Shown here one piece after another: positions 19,591 to 28,859 of a DNA stretch of 64,000 bases. Below the pieces are notes generated by a model. The model did no database searches. It worked only from the letters and a program-made list of their open reading frames with translations, and was not told the origin of the DNA. Positions within the stretch are counted from its first letter, which is position 1; every line of letters starts with the position of its first letter. The position numbers and the translations under genes are program-made. Origin of the DNA: Methanofastidiosum sp. (GTDB taxonomy: Archaea; Methanobacteriota_B; Thermococci; Methanofastidiosales; Methanofastidiosaceae); the NCBI GenBank assembly GCA_035362715.1, contig DAOSDU010000002.1:131400-195399 (forward strand), given 5' to 3'.

Positions 19591-20139
19591 ATGGCAATAA
19601 AAGAAAATCCAACTTGTTCCTTTAATAAGGAGTGTAGATATCCAAATATTGACAAAGAAAGTTTTTGCGATGAAATGTCTTCAGTGATTGGAGATGTGAG
19701 AATTGGAAAAGAGGTCTATGTCGCACCTTTTGTATCTTTAAGGGCGGACGAAGGCACCCCCATAATTATAGGGGATAAGAGTAACTTACAAGACGGCGTT
19801 ATAGTCCATGCTTTGGAACATACATCTGTAGAAATTGGTAAAAAGACTTCAATAGCACATGGCACTGTAATTCACGGCCCTACAAAAATAGGAGATAATT
19901 CTTTTGTAGGATTTAGGGCAGTAGTTCATAGCTCAGAAATTGGAAAAGAATGCTTCATAGGTCACGGTGCAATAGTTGTAGGTGTAAAAATTGGCGATAA
20001 TAAATTTGTTCCACATGGGGCCGTAATAACAGAGCAAGAAAAAGCTGACAAACTAGCAGATTCAACTAAAGATCAATTCAAGTTCAACGAAGAAGTATTA
20101 TGTGTAAACTGTGAATTCGCAAGGGGGTACAGGCGTTAA
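19591..20139 (+). CDS. Gamma-class carbonic anhydrase / hexapeptide-repeat (left-handed beta-helix) family protein
   Basis: Hexapeptide repeats with Cam-like His ligands (VHALEH, IAHGTVIH). I trimmed the ORF to the ATG at 19591, since the longer track ORF overlaps hypD. Cys-rich N-terminus CSFNKECRYPNIDKESFC. Confidence 0.6.
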   Translation: MAIKENPTCSFNKECRYPNIDKESFCDEMSSVIGDVRIGKEVYVAPFVSLRADEGTPIIIGDKSNLQDGVIVHALEHTSVEIGKKTSIAHGTVIHGPTKIGDNSFVGFRAVVHSSEIGKECFIGHGAIVVGVKIGDNKFVPHGAVITEQEKADKLADSTKDQFKFNEEVLCVNCEFARGYRR

Positions 20140-22229
20140 TGGATATTTGCCAAATTTTAGGGGAAAAAGGTCTTGAAAAGGCTTTAGAATATTATTCAGA
20201 AGATGAATTAAAAAGCATAATAGAAAAACTAGAACTTGAAAAGCTATTAAAGGTCCCTGGATTTGGTAAAAAGAAAATATTACAGATCCAAAAAGAAACA
20301 TTTGAAGAGATTACTGGTAAAAAGTATGAAGAAGTTCTTTTTGGGGACGCTTGGGAGATATATGAAGAGATAGTGTCCATCCTAGTTTCATACCCTAAAA
20401 CAGAGAGGTCAAGAAATAGATTCTATCTTTATATGCCTCTTAGAGATAAGGAATTGATTTTAAAGAGATTAAATTACTGTTACAAGGCAAAAAAATTTGT
20501 AGAGGGTCTAACTCAAGAAGAAATTAATAAAATATTAGGCTATTTAGATGGTATATCTGATTTGAAAATCCCCTCTCTCAAAAAATTTAGAGACAGAGTT
20601 TTAATAACAGACGACGAAGAACTATCAACGAAAACAAAATCAGAATATTATGATTCTATATATCTTACATCGCCTCATGAGGCAAGAGGGATCAGAGATG
20701 ATTATCCATTGATATTTTACTTGTATGGAAAAAATTCATCTCTTTATGACACACTCTCTGAAATATCCGATTTTTCAATCAATATCGATGATTTCTCTAT
20801 TCGAGATATAGTTCCTGAGTTATTCATTGAACGCTTCATTGATAATTCTGAAAAAATTGAACTGATACTTGATATGTATAAAGTTCTTTTTGAGATTAAA
20901 AATAGCCGGGATATAGCTGCTGACGATGGTGCAAAATTATCTGATTACGTTCAAAAACTCCAAAAAATATCGGATAGAGTGGACTCTTTTTCTAAAGGAA
21001 ATTTTCCCGACGAGAGGCTAAATAAGCTAAAGGAAGCGCTAAATCTAGAGGAAATGGTTAAAACAATAGAGAAGGATATTAATGAAAGATTTTCTAAAAT
21101 AATTGAAAGCCAGGATATTGGTATCGCTGGTAAGGATATATTATCAATGCTCTCGGACATAAAACATTCTGATCCTTTGAAAGCTTTTCAGACTTATATT
21201 CCAAAACAACTTGAGGAAGCATATAGAAAAATAGTCAAGGAATCTGTAGAAAGCCTGAACCAAAAAACAGGTTTAGATGTTTCAGGATTATTCCCTGAAG
21301 AAGTATCTTTCCCAATAGAGGCAAACAGAAATGAATTATTTGAAATCAAAGAAAATATTAGAAAAGAAATATCAAGAAGGGAATTTGAACTAAAAAAAGA
21401 AATGATGGACATCTCAGAATTATGGGATTTCTTGAATCATAGAGTTGAGGAATGTTACGACATTGATTTCTTTGTGGCTATGGGGAGATTTGCCGTTGAA
21501 AAGAATCTTCTGATGCCAAAAATATCTGAAAAAGGATTAAGTTTTAGAAATGGTAAAAATGTTTTAATTCAAAATCCCATTCCAATTAATTATAAGATTG
21601 GGACTACAAATGATACTATGGCTGGAAATGAAAATGTTATTATATTGACAGGTGCAAACTCAGGAGGTAAGACCACTCTTTTGAAACTTGCACTTGCCAT
21701 TCAGATTCTTTTTCAGATGGGGTTCTTAGTTCCTGCTGACGATTCATATGCCTCAATCTTTGATGAAATTGGATTCTTATCAAAGCACAGAGGAGAGTCA
21801 AGAGGAGCATTTGAAACAAGTCTAAAAAGGCTTGTACCGCTTGCAATTGAAGAAAAAAAGAGATTGTTGCTTGTAGACGAACTCGAAGCTATTACAGAAC
21901 CTGGCTCTGCAGCTAGGATTATAGGGACATTCCTAAATTTTTTGAGAAATTCTAATACCTTGTGTGTTATAGTTACGCATCTTGGTGAAGATATAATCTC
22001 TTCGATTAAATCGATAGAAGGTAAATTGCCAGAAGACATGAGAGTTGACGGTATAGAAGCAAAAGGATTGGATGAGTCATTAGAGTTGATTGTTGATAGA
22101 CAGCCAGTATTCTATAAAGCTGGAAAAAGTACACCTGAGCTAATTGTCGAAAGACTTTCCAAAACTACGGAAGGGAAAGAAAAAGAAATATACCAAAAGA
22201 TGGTTGATATACTAAGGAAAAAACCATAA
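20139..22229 (+). CDS. MutS-like ABC ATPase (MutS domain V only) with a K/E-rich helical N-terminal region of about 450 aa
   Basis: Walker A GANSGGKTT, a MutS-type DELEAITEPGSAARIIGTFLNFL segment and a Walker B LLLVDE. Domains I-IV are missing. TAATG overlap with the upstream gene. Confidence 0.55.
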   Translation: MDICQILGEKGLEKALEYYSEDELKSIIEKLELEKLLKVPGFGKKKILQIQKETFEEITGKKYEEVLFGDAWEIYEEIVSILVSYPKTERSRNRFYLYMPLRDKELILKRLNYCYKAKKFVEGLTQEEINKILGYLDGISDLKIPSLKKFRDRVLITDDEELSTKTKSEYYDSIYLTSPHEARGIRDDYPLIFYLYGKNSSLYDTLSEISDFSINIDDFSIRDIVPELFIERFIDNSEKIELILDMYKVLFEIKNSRDIAADDGAKLSDYVQKLQKISDRVDSFSKGNFPDERLNKLKEALNLEEMVKTIEKDINERFSKIIESQDIGIAGKDILSMLSDIKHSDPLKAFQTYIPKQLEEAYRKIVKESVESLNQKTGLDVSGLFPEEVSFPIEANRNELFEIKENIRKEISRREFELKKEMMDISELWDFLNHRVEECYDIDFFVAMGRFAVEKNLLMPKISEKGLSFRNGKNVLIQNPIPINYKIGTTNDTMAGNENVIILTGANSGGKTTLLKLALAIQILFQMGFLVPADDSYASIFDEIGFLSKHRGESRGAFETSLKRLVPLAIEEKKRLLLVDELEAITEPGSAARIIGTFLNFLRNSNTLCVIVTHLGEDIISSIKSIEGKLPEDMRVDGIEAKGLDESLELIVDRQPVFYKAGKSTPELIVERLSKTTEGKEKEIYQKMVDILRKKP

Positions 22230-22260
22230 AGCTTTTTAATTAATTATTTCGTGTCTTTGT

Positions 22261-23085
22261 ATGGGAGTTTATCAGCCTCAAGACTATGTTATATACATAG
22301 GAATTCTTCTCGTTCTATTGACACTTGCATTGAAATTTCTTTTCAATAAAATAAGAATTGATAAAACCTTCATAATTGCAATTTCTCCTTATATGATAAT
22401 GGCCATAGCCATAAGAGTCTTGGCAGACGTCGGATTTTATGAAAGATCAAAACTTTGGAATATTACACCAGGGGTATACATAGTTGCGTTTGTTCTAGCA
22501 TTTACTATGATATTAATTGGATTTCAACTTGAAAAGAGAAATATCCTATCTTATTGGAAACTTCCATTTGCAGTTGGAATTATGGGCACTATTTATTTTT
22601 TAGCTAATTTAATTCCTTTTTTTAACTATCCCTTGAGGATTATAGTTCCTCTTTTGATGGCGGCTGGAATCACATTGACAGTATACATAATATCACCTCT
22701 ATTCTACAAATCTATTAGAGAGTTTGAAAACACAGCAATACTATTTGGGCATTTGCTGGACGGGTGCGCCACATTCATTGCTATTGATTATTATGGATTT
22801 GGAGAAGAACACTTGTTACCTCTTTTTTTGATAAATCTCACTGGCACTGCTTTAATCATGATACCCTTAAAATTATTATTAATCCTTGTAGTAATCTATC
22901 TACTTGATACTCTATACAAAGAAGAGAGAAAAAACTTCAAGGAAAAGGAAGTTACCATATTTAAATATAAATTTATGATTACAACATTGATGATGCATAA
23001 TTTTTACCTTTCAATAAAAGTACTGGTTTTCATACTTGGATTCGGACCAGGATTCAGAAATACATTATTGCCTTCCCTTTTTTGA
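22261..23085 (+). CDS. Integral membrane protein, function unknown
   Basis: About 8 TM helices, 274 aa. Confidence 0.4.
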   Translation: MGVYQPQDYVIYIGILLVLLTLALKFLFNKIRIDKTFIIAISPYMIMAIAIRVLADVGFYERSKLWNITPGVYIVAFVLAFTMILIGFQLEKRNILSYWKLPFAVGIMGTIYFLANLIPFFNYPLRIIVPLLMAAGITLTVYIISPLFYKSIREFENTAILFGHLLDGCATFIAIDYYGFGEEHLLPLFLINLTGTALIMIPLKLLLILVVIYLLDTLYKEERKNFKEKEVTIFKYKFMITTLMMHNFYLSIKVLVFILGFGPGFRNTLLPSLF

Positions 23086-23123
23086 TTCAAAAGACTTATT
23101 AATAGTATAAAACACTTATTTTT

Positions 23124-24164
23124 ATGGAAAATCCTATCCATATCATCAATCTTTCAAGAATGGTTGTGATGGGCTCAGACCTCTGGAGCTCAGTTAAAAC
23201 AACAGTTGAAAAGTTAGGGTACAAAAATCCCGTTGTTCTTGATGATCCAATAACAAGAGGGATTGTCGGAAAAAAAGTATCTGATGATTTGAACTGTGAC
23301 CATTATGAAGTTAAAACTGCTTCAATGGCTGAAGTAAATTCTATTGCAGATATTCTGAAAAAAGAAAAATATGATATAGCTGTTTCAATAGGCGGGGGAT
23401 CAGTTATAGATGTTGGAAAACTGGCGTCCTTTAATATCTCTATTCCTTTTATTAGCTATCCAACAGTTGCATCTCACGATGGGATAGCTTCGTCTAGAGC
23501 ATCTATTAAGGATGGTGAAAAAAAATTATCAATAGAGGCACAACCTCCTATTGCAATAATAGCCGATACTAAGATAGTGTCCCAAGCTCCATATAGATTC
23601 CTAGCGTCTGGGTGTGCGGATTTGATATCTAATTATACAGCTGTTTTGGATTGGCAACTCGCCCATAAATTAAAAGGCGAATATTATAGTGAGCATGCAG
23701 CATCTTTATCATCAATGAGTGCCAAGGTGACGATTGACAACGCCGATGTAATAAAAGAAGGTTTGGAAGAATCTTCCAGAAAAGTCCTGAAAGGACTTAT
23801 ATCTTCTGGAGTCGCTATGAGCATAGCAGGATCCTCTAGACCTGCTTCAGGTGCAGAACACGCATTTGCGCACGCACTAGATATGGTTGCGGAAAAACCT
23901 GCAATGCACGGGGAACAGTGCGGAGTTGGTTCTATAATGACTATGTATCTACATAGAGAAGACAAGTATAAAACAATAAAGGAAGCGCTTGAAAAGATAA
24001 AAGCCCCTACAACTGCTGAAGAACTTGGAGTCACAGATCTAGAATTAATAAAAGCACTAACAATGGCACATAAAATTAGAGATAGATATACAATACTTGG
24101 TGAGAGTGGGCTTACTGAGAGGGCAGCTACTAAACTTGCTAAAGTTACGGGGGTAATAGATTGA
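23124..24164 (+). CDS. egsA: sn-Glycerol-1-phosphate dehydrogenase (archaeal lipid backbone), Fe-ADH/DHQ-synthase-like fold
   Basis: 346 aa. The glycine-rich SIGGGSVIDVGK NAD-binding loop and His-rich metal site (HAFAHALDM) match G1PDH. Confidence 0.65.
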   Translation: MENPIHIINLSRMVVMGSDLWSSVKTTVEKLGYKNPVVLDDPITRGIVGKKVSDDLNCDHYEVKTASMAEVNSIADILKKEKYDIAVSIGGGSVIDVGKLASFNISIPFISYPTVASHDGIASSRASIKDGEKKLSIEAQPPIAIIADTKIVSQAPYRFLASGCADLISNYTAVLDWQLAHKLKGEYYSEHAASLSSMSAKVTIDNADVIKEGLEESSRKVLKGLISSGVAMSIAGSSRPASGAEHAFAHALDMVAEKPAMHGEQCGVGSIMTMYLHREDKYKTIKEALEKIKAPTTAEELGVTDLELIKALTMAHKIRDRYTILGESGLTERAATKLAKVTGVID

Positions 24165-24589
24165 TTCTTACCCTCCTCCCTAAAAATCTTGCAAAACCAG
24201 GATTTTCTTTTGTAGCGGGGAAGGGGGATGATGAGTGCAAAGGATGTAGATTTTATAAAACATGTGTTGATAATCTAAAACCTGGAAGGATATATACCGT
24301 TTCTTCAGTAAGAAATATTGAGCATCCTTGCAAAATTCATGATTCAGGAGTTAAAATAGTTGAAGTAAATGAATCCCAAATTGAAGCTGCAATCCCTAAG
24401 AAATTTGCAATTGAAGGTGCAACAGGAGTATTTTCATTTTCTTGCAATGAAAGATGCCAATATCATGATTTTTGTATTCCAGATGGAATAAAGATCGGCG
24501 ATAAATTTCATATTATTACAATTAAAGAGAAAATAGAATGTCCACTAAACAATAATATCGTAAGAGTAACCCTGAAAAGAAAAGATTAG
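24161..24589 (+). CDS. Cys-rich small protein, UPF0179-like
   Basis: 142 aa with CxxC-type pairs (CKGCRF..C, CNERC..C, C). ATGA overlap with the egsA stop. Confidence 0.35.
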   Translation: MILTLLPKNLAKPGFSFVAGKGDDECKGCRFYKTCVDNLKPGRIYTVSSVRNIEHPCKIHDSGVKIVEVNESQIEAAIPKKFAIEGATGVFSFSCNERCQYHDFCIPDGIKIGDKFHIITIKEKIECPLNNNIVRVTLKRKD

Positions 24590-25061
24590 TATACAAACCT
24601 AAATGAACTTGACTTTTCTCCCTTTAATAATATATCCAAGACTATTATTGGTATCATTACTGCTAAGGGCGTAATTGATTTAGCCTTCTTTTTCATTTTT
24701 ATCACCTTTAGTTATTATTGTAACTCAATAGTATATAAATCTTTCTATTTATTGTATTATAATAATTTAGAAAATATTTTTAATGATGAATATTAATATC
24801 TATAGTCAATATGGTTGAACTTTATCTTATCTAATTAATAGGAATACTATAATCTAATCGATAGTTATTATATAATAAAATTAATACTAATAAGTAATTT
24901 ATTAATCTTGAATTTAACTGTTATTTATCATTAGTATAAGAATTAAAATTCAATATACAGGGATATTTTTAGTAGTGCTTTAAATTAAATCAATTTTTTT
25001 GAATACTGATAGTAGTAACATTTATATATATTAACGTTAGAGATAATGATGGTGAGCATCA

Positions 25062-25472
25062 ATGGAAGAAAATGCCGAAGAGGCCATTATAGAGTATCTT
25101 AAAGGTGTAAAAATTGGCGCTACTCCTTCAGAGATTGCCGATAATCTTAATATGTCTAGAGCCACCGCTGTAAAATATCTTGAAATAATGAGGGCTATAG
25201 GGCTAGTTGATTATAGACGGATAGGTATGGCAAAGGTTTACTTTGTCGCAACAAAGCTCTCATATGCACAGCATGTTCTTCTTAGAAAAACAAGAGATTT
25301 AATTGAGTCAATAAAAACTGCTGATGAACATATACAAGTATTGGAAAAAGTTCTAGCGATTCATATTAGTATAATGCAAACTTATAATGCCGAGGATAGG
25401 GAAAAATTCATTAAACTATTCAATAATATTATTGACAAGATAAAAAAAGGGGAGAATACGGTAGGCAAATAA
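25062..25472 (+). CDS. Winged-helix transcriptional regulator
   Basis: N-terminal wHTH (PSEIADNLNMSRATAVKYLEIMRAIGLV). Preceded by a 470-bp AT-rich region. Confidence 0.5.
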   Translation: MEENAEEAIIEYLKGVKIGATPSEIADNLNMSRATAVKYLEIMRAIGLVDYRRIGMAKVYFVATKLSYAQHVLLRKTRDLIESIKTADEHIQVLEKVLAIHISIMQTYNAEDREKFIKLFNNIIDKIKKGENTVGK

Positions 25473-25547
25473 ACTTTTCTTGCAAAAAATCTGCTCCAAT
25501 TTTATTTATAACAATAAAATTTATAATCCCTTTATATTCATTCAAGC

Positions 25548-25724
25548 ATGGTGGAGTCGTTGAACTATACAAAATATGAAAAAGTAAGAATTATTGGGGC
25601 TAGAGCCCTTCAGATATCTTTAGGGGCACCTATATTACTTGAAACATCTATTCTTGACCCTATTAGAATTGCACAAGAAGAAATGAAGAAGGGAGTAATT
25701 CCAATAACTGTTGTAAGGGATTAG
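25548..25724 (+). CDS. rpoK: DNA-directed RNA polymerase subunit K (Rpo6/omega-like); below the ORF-track cutoff
   Basis: 58-aa [61 protein letters not shown]. The [15 protein letters not shown] core is the conserved Rpo6 motif. Confidence 0.7.
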   Translation: MVESLNYTKYEKVRIIGARALQISLGAPILLETSILDPIRIAQEEMKKGVIPITVVRD

Positions 25725-25728
25725 CCTT

Positions 25729-26727
25729 ATGGGCGTAAACCTGGGTGAAATAGTCCCCAAACAAAAAATTGATATTTCGGATTTAAATGGTAAAAGTGTA
25801 GCAATTGACGCTTATAATGCACTTTACCAATTTTTAGCTATTATAAGGCAGAGGGATGGGACTCCATTAAAAAATTCAAAAGGAGAGGTAACATCTCATC
25901 TGTCCGGTCTTTTTTATAGAACTGTTAATTTCATTGAACAAGGGATCAGGCCCATATATGTTTTTGATGGTAAGCCACCTGAATTAAAGTTCCAAACAAT
26001 TGAAAAAAGAAAAGAAGCCAAGGACGAAGCAAGAGATAAGTACATCGATGCCAAAGCCCGAGGAGATTTTAAAGAAGCAAAAAAATATTCCCAAATGACA
26101 TCTTCTTTGAAGGGAGACATGGTAACTAGTTCTAAAGAACTTTTAGATTCTATGGGTATTCCATATATTGAATCGCCATCAGAAGGTGAATCTCAGGCTG
26201 CATATGTTGTTTTGAAAGGCGATGCGGATTTATCTGCATCACAGGACTACGATTCAATACTCTTTGGGGCTCCCTCTTTAGTAAGAAATCTGACTATTTC
26301 TGGAAAAAGGAAGATTCCAGGCAAGGATTTATTTGTTGATGTTGTGCCTGAGATTATAACTAATGAAAATGTACTTAATTCGCTCAATTTTTCAAGAGAA
26401 CAATTGATTCAAGTTGCCATACTCATTGGAACTGACTATAATCCTGGCGGAATAAAAGGAATTGGTCCCAAAAAAGCCATAGAAATTGTAAGAGATGGGA
26501 AATTTGGGGAATATGGAGAATTTGATCAAATAATTAATCTCTTTTTGAATCCAGATGTTTCTGATAATTATAAAATCTCCTTTCAAAAGCCAGAAAAGGA
26601 AAAAATATTAAAGATACTATGTGACAGATACGAGTTTTCAGAACTTAGAGTAGAGAAAGGAATAGAGAGAATTGAATTCTCTCTAGAAAATACTCTAAAA
26701 CAAAAAACTCTCGATATGTATTTTTAA
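25729..26727 (+). CDS. fen: Flap endonuclease 1
   Basis: 332 aa with the XPG-N/XPG-I domains (MGVNLGEIVPKQ...DAYNALYQF; GTDYNPGGIKGIGPKKA helix-3-turn-helix). Confidence 0.85.
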   Translation: MGVNLGEIVPKQKIDISDLNGKSVAIDAYNALYQFLAIIRQRDGTPLKNSKGEVTSHLSGLFYRTVNFIEQGIRPIYVFDGKPPELKFQTIEKRKEAKDEARDKYIDAKARGDFKEAKKYSQMTSSLKGDMVTSSKELLDSMGIPYIESPSEGESQAAYVVLKGDADLSASQDYDSILFGAPSLVRNLTISGKRKIPGKDLFVDVVPEIITNENVLNSLNFSREQLIQVAILIGTDYNPGGIKGIGPKKAIEIVRDGKFGEYGEFDQIINLFLNPDVSDNYKISFQKPEKEKILKILCDRYEFSELRVEKGIERIEFSLENTLKQKTLDMYF

Positions 26728-27533
26728 ATCTTAAATCTCTTTAAGATGTTTTCAATTTCTAGAGGCTCACTTATTGTGTAATCAACTATAGTTTTCAAAT
26801 CGTTTTTTCTTTTAGCTTCACTTTCTAGTATTAAGAAACTTAAATCTGCTTCTTCGAAAGCTCCTTTATCATTAATATCATCGCCTACCATTATTACTTG
26901 TTCGTAGGTCTTTTTTAGATTTGATATAATTTTTCTCTTACCTTCTGGGTCTACTTGAGGAAAAACGAAATTATCCAATATCCCAAGTCTTTTTGCAAGG
27001 GGGTATACTGAACAGGGATTGTCTCCCGTGGCAAGATAAATATCCATCCCTTCTGATTGGAGAAAGTCAAATAATTGAAAAACCCCTTCTTTTATCTTAC
27101 CTGAAGAAGCGACTATATGAGTTATTCTTTCTCTTTCGGCGTCCCCAACAACTCCACATCCAACCAAGGTACAAACATCATATTGCTTTTTTAGTTTTTT
27201 TATTGTTTCGTTAACTTCTTCGATAGTTATATCTTCTGCCCATTTGAGAATTTTTTCTTTTTCTATTGTGGCATTCGTGCCTTTAAATACTACTTCGAAT
27301 CCTATATTTAGGTCTTTAATCAAGTGCCCAAGACTTTTTTTAGAATCTTCTTGCAAAAACGTGCATCTTGGATCTGTAGTTATTGTTACAAGAAAAAGGT
27401 TTGGATTATCTTCAATTAATTCTATACAGGATTTGTGGTAAATAAATTCATTTTTTTCCAAATCCTTTGATACTCTTTTAGTATCAACAAGTGTTCCGGA
27501 TTTATCAAATACTATTGCTATCATGGTGGACAT
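26724..27533 (-). CDS. HAD-superfamily soluble P-type-ATPase-like protein (P-domain only)
   Basis: DKSGT (DKTGT-like) phosphorylation motif, TGD, and GDDIND. About 270 aa and no TM segments, like the archaeal soluble P-type ATPases. Confidence 0.55.
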   Translation of the reverse strand: MSTMIAIVFDKSGTLVDTKRVSKDLEKNEFIYHKSCIELIEDNPNLFLVTITTDPRCTFLQEDSKKSLGHLIKDLNIGFEVVFKGTNATIEKEKILKWAEDITIEEVNETIKKLKKQYDVCTLVGCGVVGDAERERITHIVASSGKIKEGVFQLFDFLQSEGMDIYLATGDNPCSVYPLAKRLGILDNFVFPQVDPEGKRKIISNLKKTYEQVIMVGDDINDKGAFEEADLSFLILESEAKRKNDLKTIVDYTISEPLEIENILKRFKI

Positions 27534-28116
27534 TTCTTTTTACTTTGGAGATAATTTCATCAAGTTTCTCTTGTGGGCAACTTTGGCCCCTTATAATCCC
27601 ACTTATTATCTCGACTACTCTCCCTTTTGTAGTTCCATTATCATTATTAATAGTTTTTACGCCTATTTTTTCAAAATCTTCAAGGGTAACGGGGGCTTGG
27701 CATGCAATTATTGCGTCAATAGGGGCAAGATCTAGAATGAATTTGGCCTTATAGATTACATGGGTCCTAATATTCCCAAGATGTATTATTGCAAGCTTAA
27801 ATTCATTTAATATTTCAACTTCCTTTTCTTCAATACCGAATAGAACACTTACCCCCGAAGAAGGAGCTTCTGGGGGAACTCCATTTCCAGCGTTTAATAC
27901 CATAACACTTGTCTTTATGCCAGCTTCTCTCATGGCATAAGTTATCTCGCATATTGGTTTTGTTATATGTCTTCTTCCAGGGCTCATTGCTATCGCTATA
28001 ATATCCCTACCTGCATCTGCAAAAGTGCCTCTTTGTGCTAGCCCCCCACCAAGGCCCATTCCTCCGCCCATTCTGCACTGGACCATATGCGTATTTCTTC
28101 CAATCATAAAAATCAA
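27505..28116 (-). CDS. mcrC: Methyl-coenzyme M reductase operon protein C (McrC), encoded away from mcrBDGA
   Basis: About 200 aa. MIGRNTHMVQCR...GGGLAQRGTFA...SPGRRHITKPICEIT...IISGIIRGQSCPQEK matches the conserved McrC motif order. The true start may be Met4. Its 3' end overlaps the HAD gene start by 29 nt. Confidence 0.7.
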   Translation of the reverse strand: MIFMIGRNTHMVQCRMGGGMGLGGGLAQRGTFADAGRDIIAIAMSPGRRHITKPICEITYAMREAGIKTSVMVLNAGNGVPPEAPSSGVSVLFGIEEKEVEILNEFKLAIIHLGNIRTHVIYKAKFILDLAPIDAIIACQAPVTLEDFEKIGVKTINNDNGTTKGRVVEIISGIIRGQSCPQEKLDEIISKVKRNVHHDSNSI

Positions 28117-28355
28117 CTATATATTCAGTTTATTTTTTATTTTAAAACTTTCCTATTGATTTGATATTTTTTACTTTATTAATTTACTTGATTATCTGTA
28201 TGCCAAGAGGCCAAACAAGCATACTTAAAGGAATAGCAACAATAAGCATTGTTAAATGCGTTTTCTTTAATTCTTTGCATATCTTTTAAAATAACTATTA
28301 GAAAAGATTTATAAATGACTATTCATCCGTTATGCAGATTAGAAGGTGATTTTAA

Positions 28356-28859
28356 TTGGCCGAAGAATGTAAAGACCAAGAGAGAAAAATAGACGCCGTA
28401 ATGACTGTTATGAACGCATGGGTTTATGGTATAGAAAAGACAGCAAATAGTTTTTTTGGCAAACCTGAAGCATTTTATAGACAATGGATTATTATTTCTA
28501 TCCGACCTTTTATAGCCAAATGGAAAGAGCTTGGGGCAGAGTTTAAATATGGTCTTGAAGGATTTGACGCTGCTAAGATGTATGTAGAAGAAGTTTCTAA
28601 AACTGGTTTTATGAATAGAAAAGATCATGAAATCGAAGGTAACAGTGAAAGCTTTGTTTATACCGTAAATAAATGTCCTTACAATGAACATTGCAACATG
28701 CTAGTTTCTGAAGACAAAGTAGAAAAATTAGCATGTAACAGAGCAATGGCAATTATAGGTGCAATAGAAAACTCAAAACCAGGAGAATCAAAAAAGTGGG
28801 AATACAAACCACAGTTCAAAAATGGTGGTCCATGCGTTATCGAATTTAAGAAGAAGTGA
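28356..28859 (+). CDS. Hypothetical Cys-containing protein (possibly V4R-like)
   Basis: 167-aa ORF with normal composition. The antisense ORF 28323..28691 is low-complexity. ATGA-type overlap into pheS. Confidence 0.3.
   Translation: MAEECKDQERKIDAVMTVMNAWVYGIEKTANSFFGKPEAFYRQWIIISIRPFIAKWKELGAEFKYGLEGFDAAKMYVEEVSKTGFMNRKDHEIEGNSESFVYTVNKCPYNEHCNMLVSEDKVEKLACNRAMAIIGAIENSKPGESKKWEYKPQFKNGGPCVIEFKKK

Noticed and set aside
24590-25061. Replication origin in the AT-rich intergenic region
   Set aside because: No orc1/cdc6 gene adjacent, and I did not see repeated ORB-like elements.
28323-28691. 122-aa minus-strand ORF
   Set aside because: F/I/K-rich and low-complexity. The overlapping plus-strand ORF is compositionally normal and couples to pheS.
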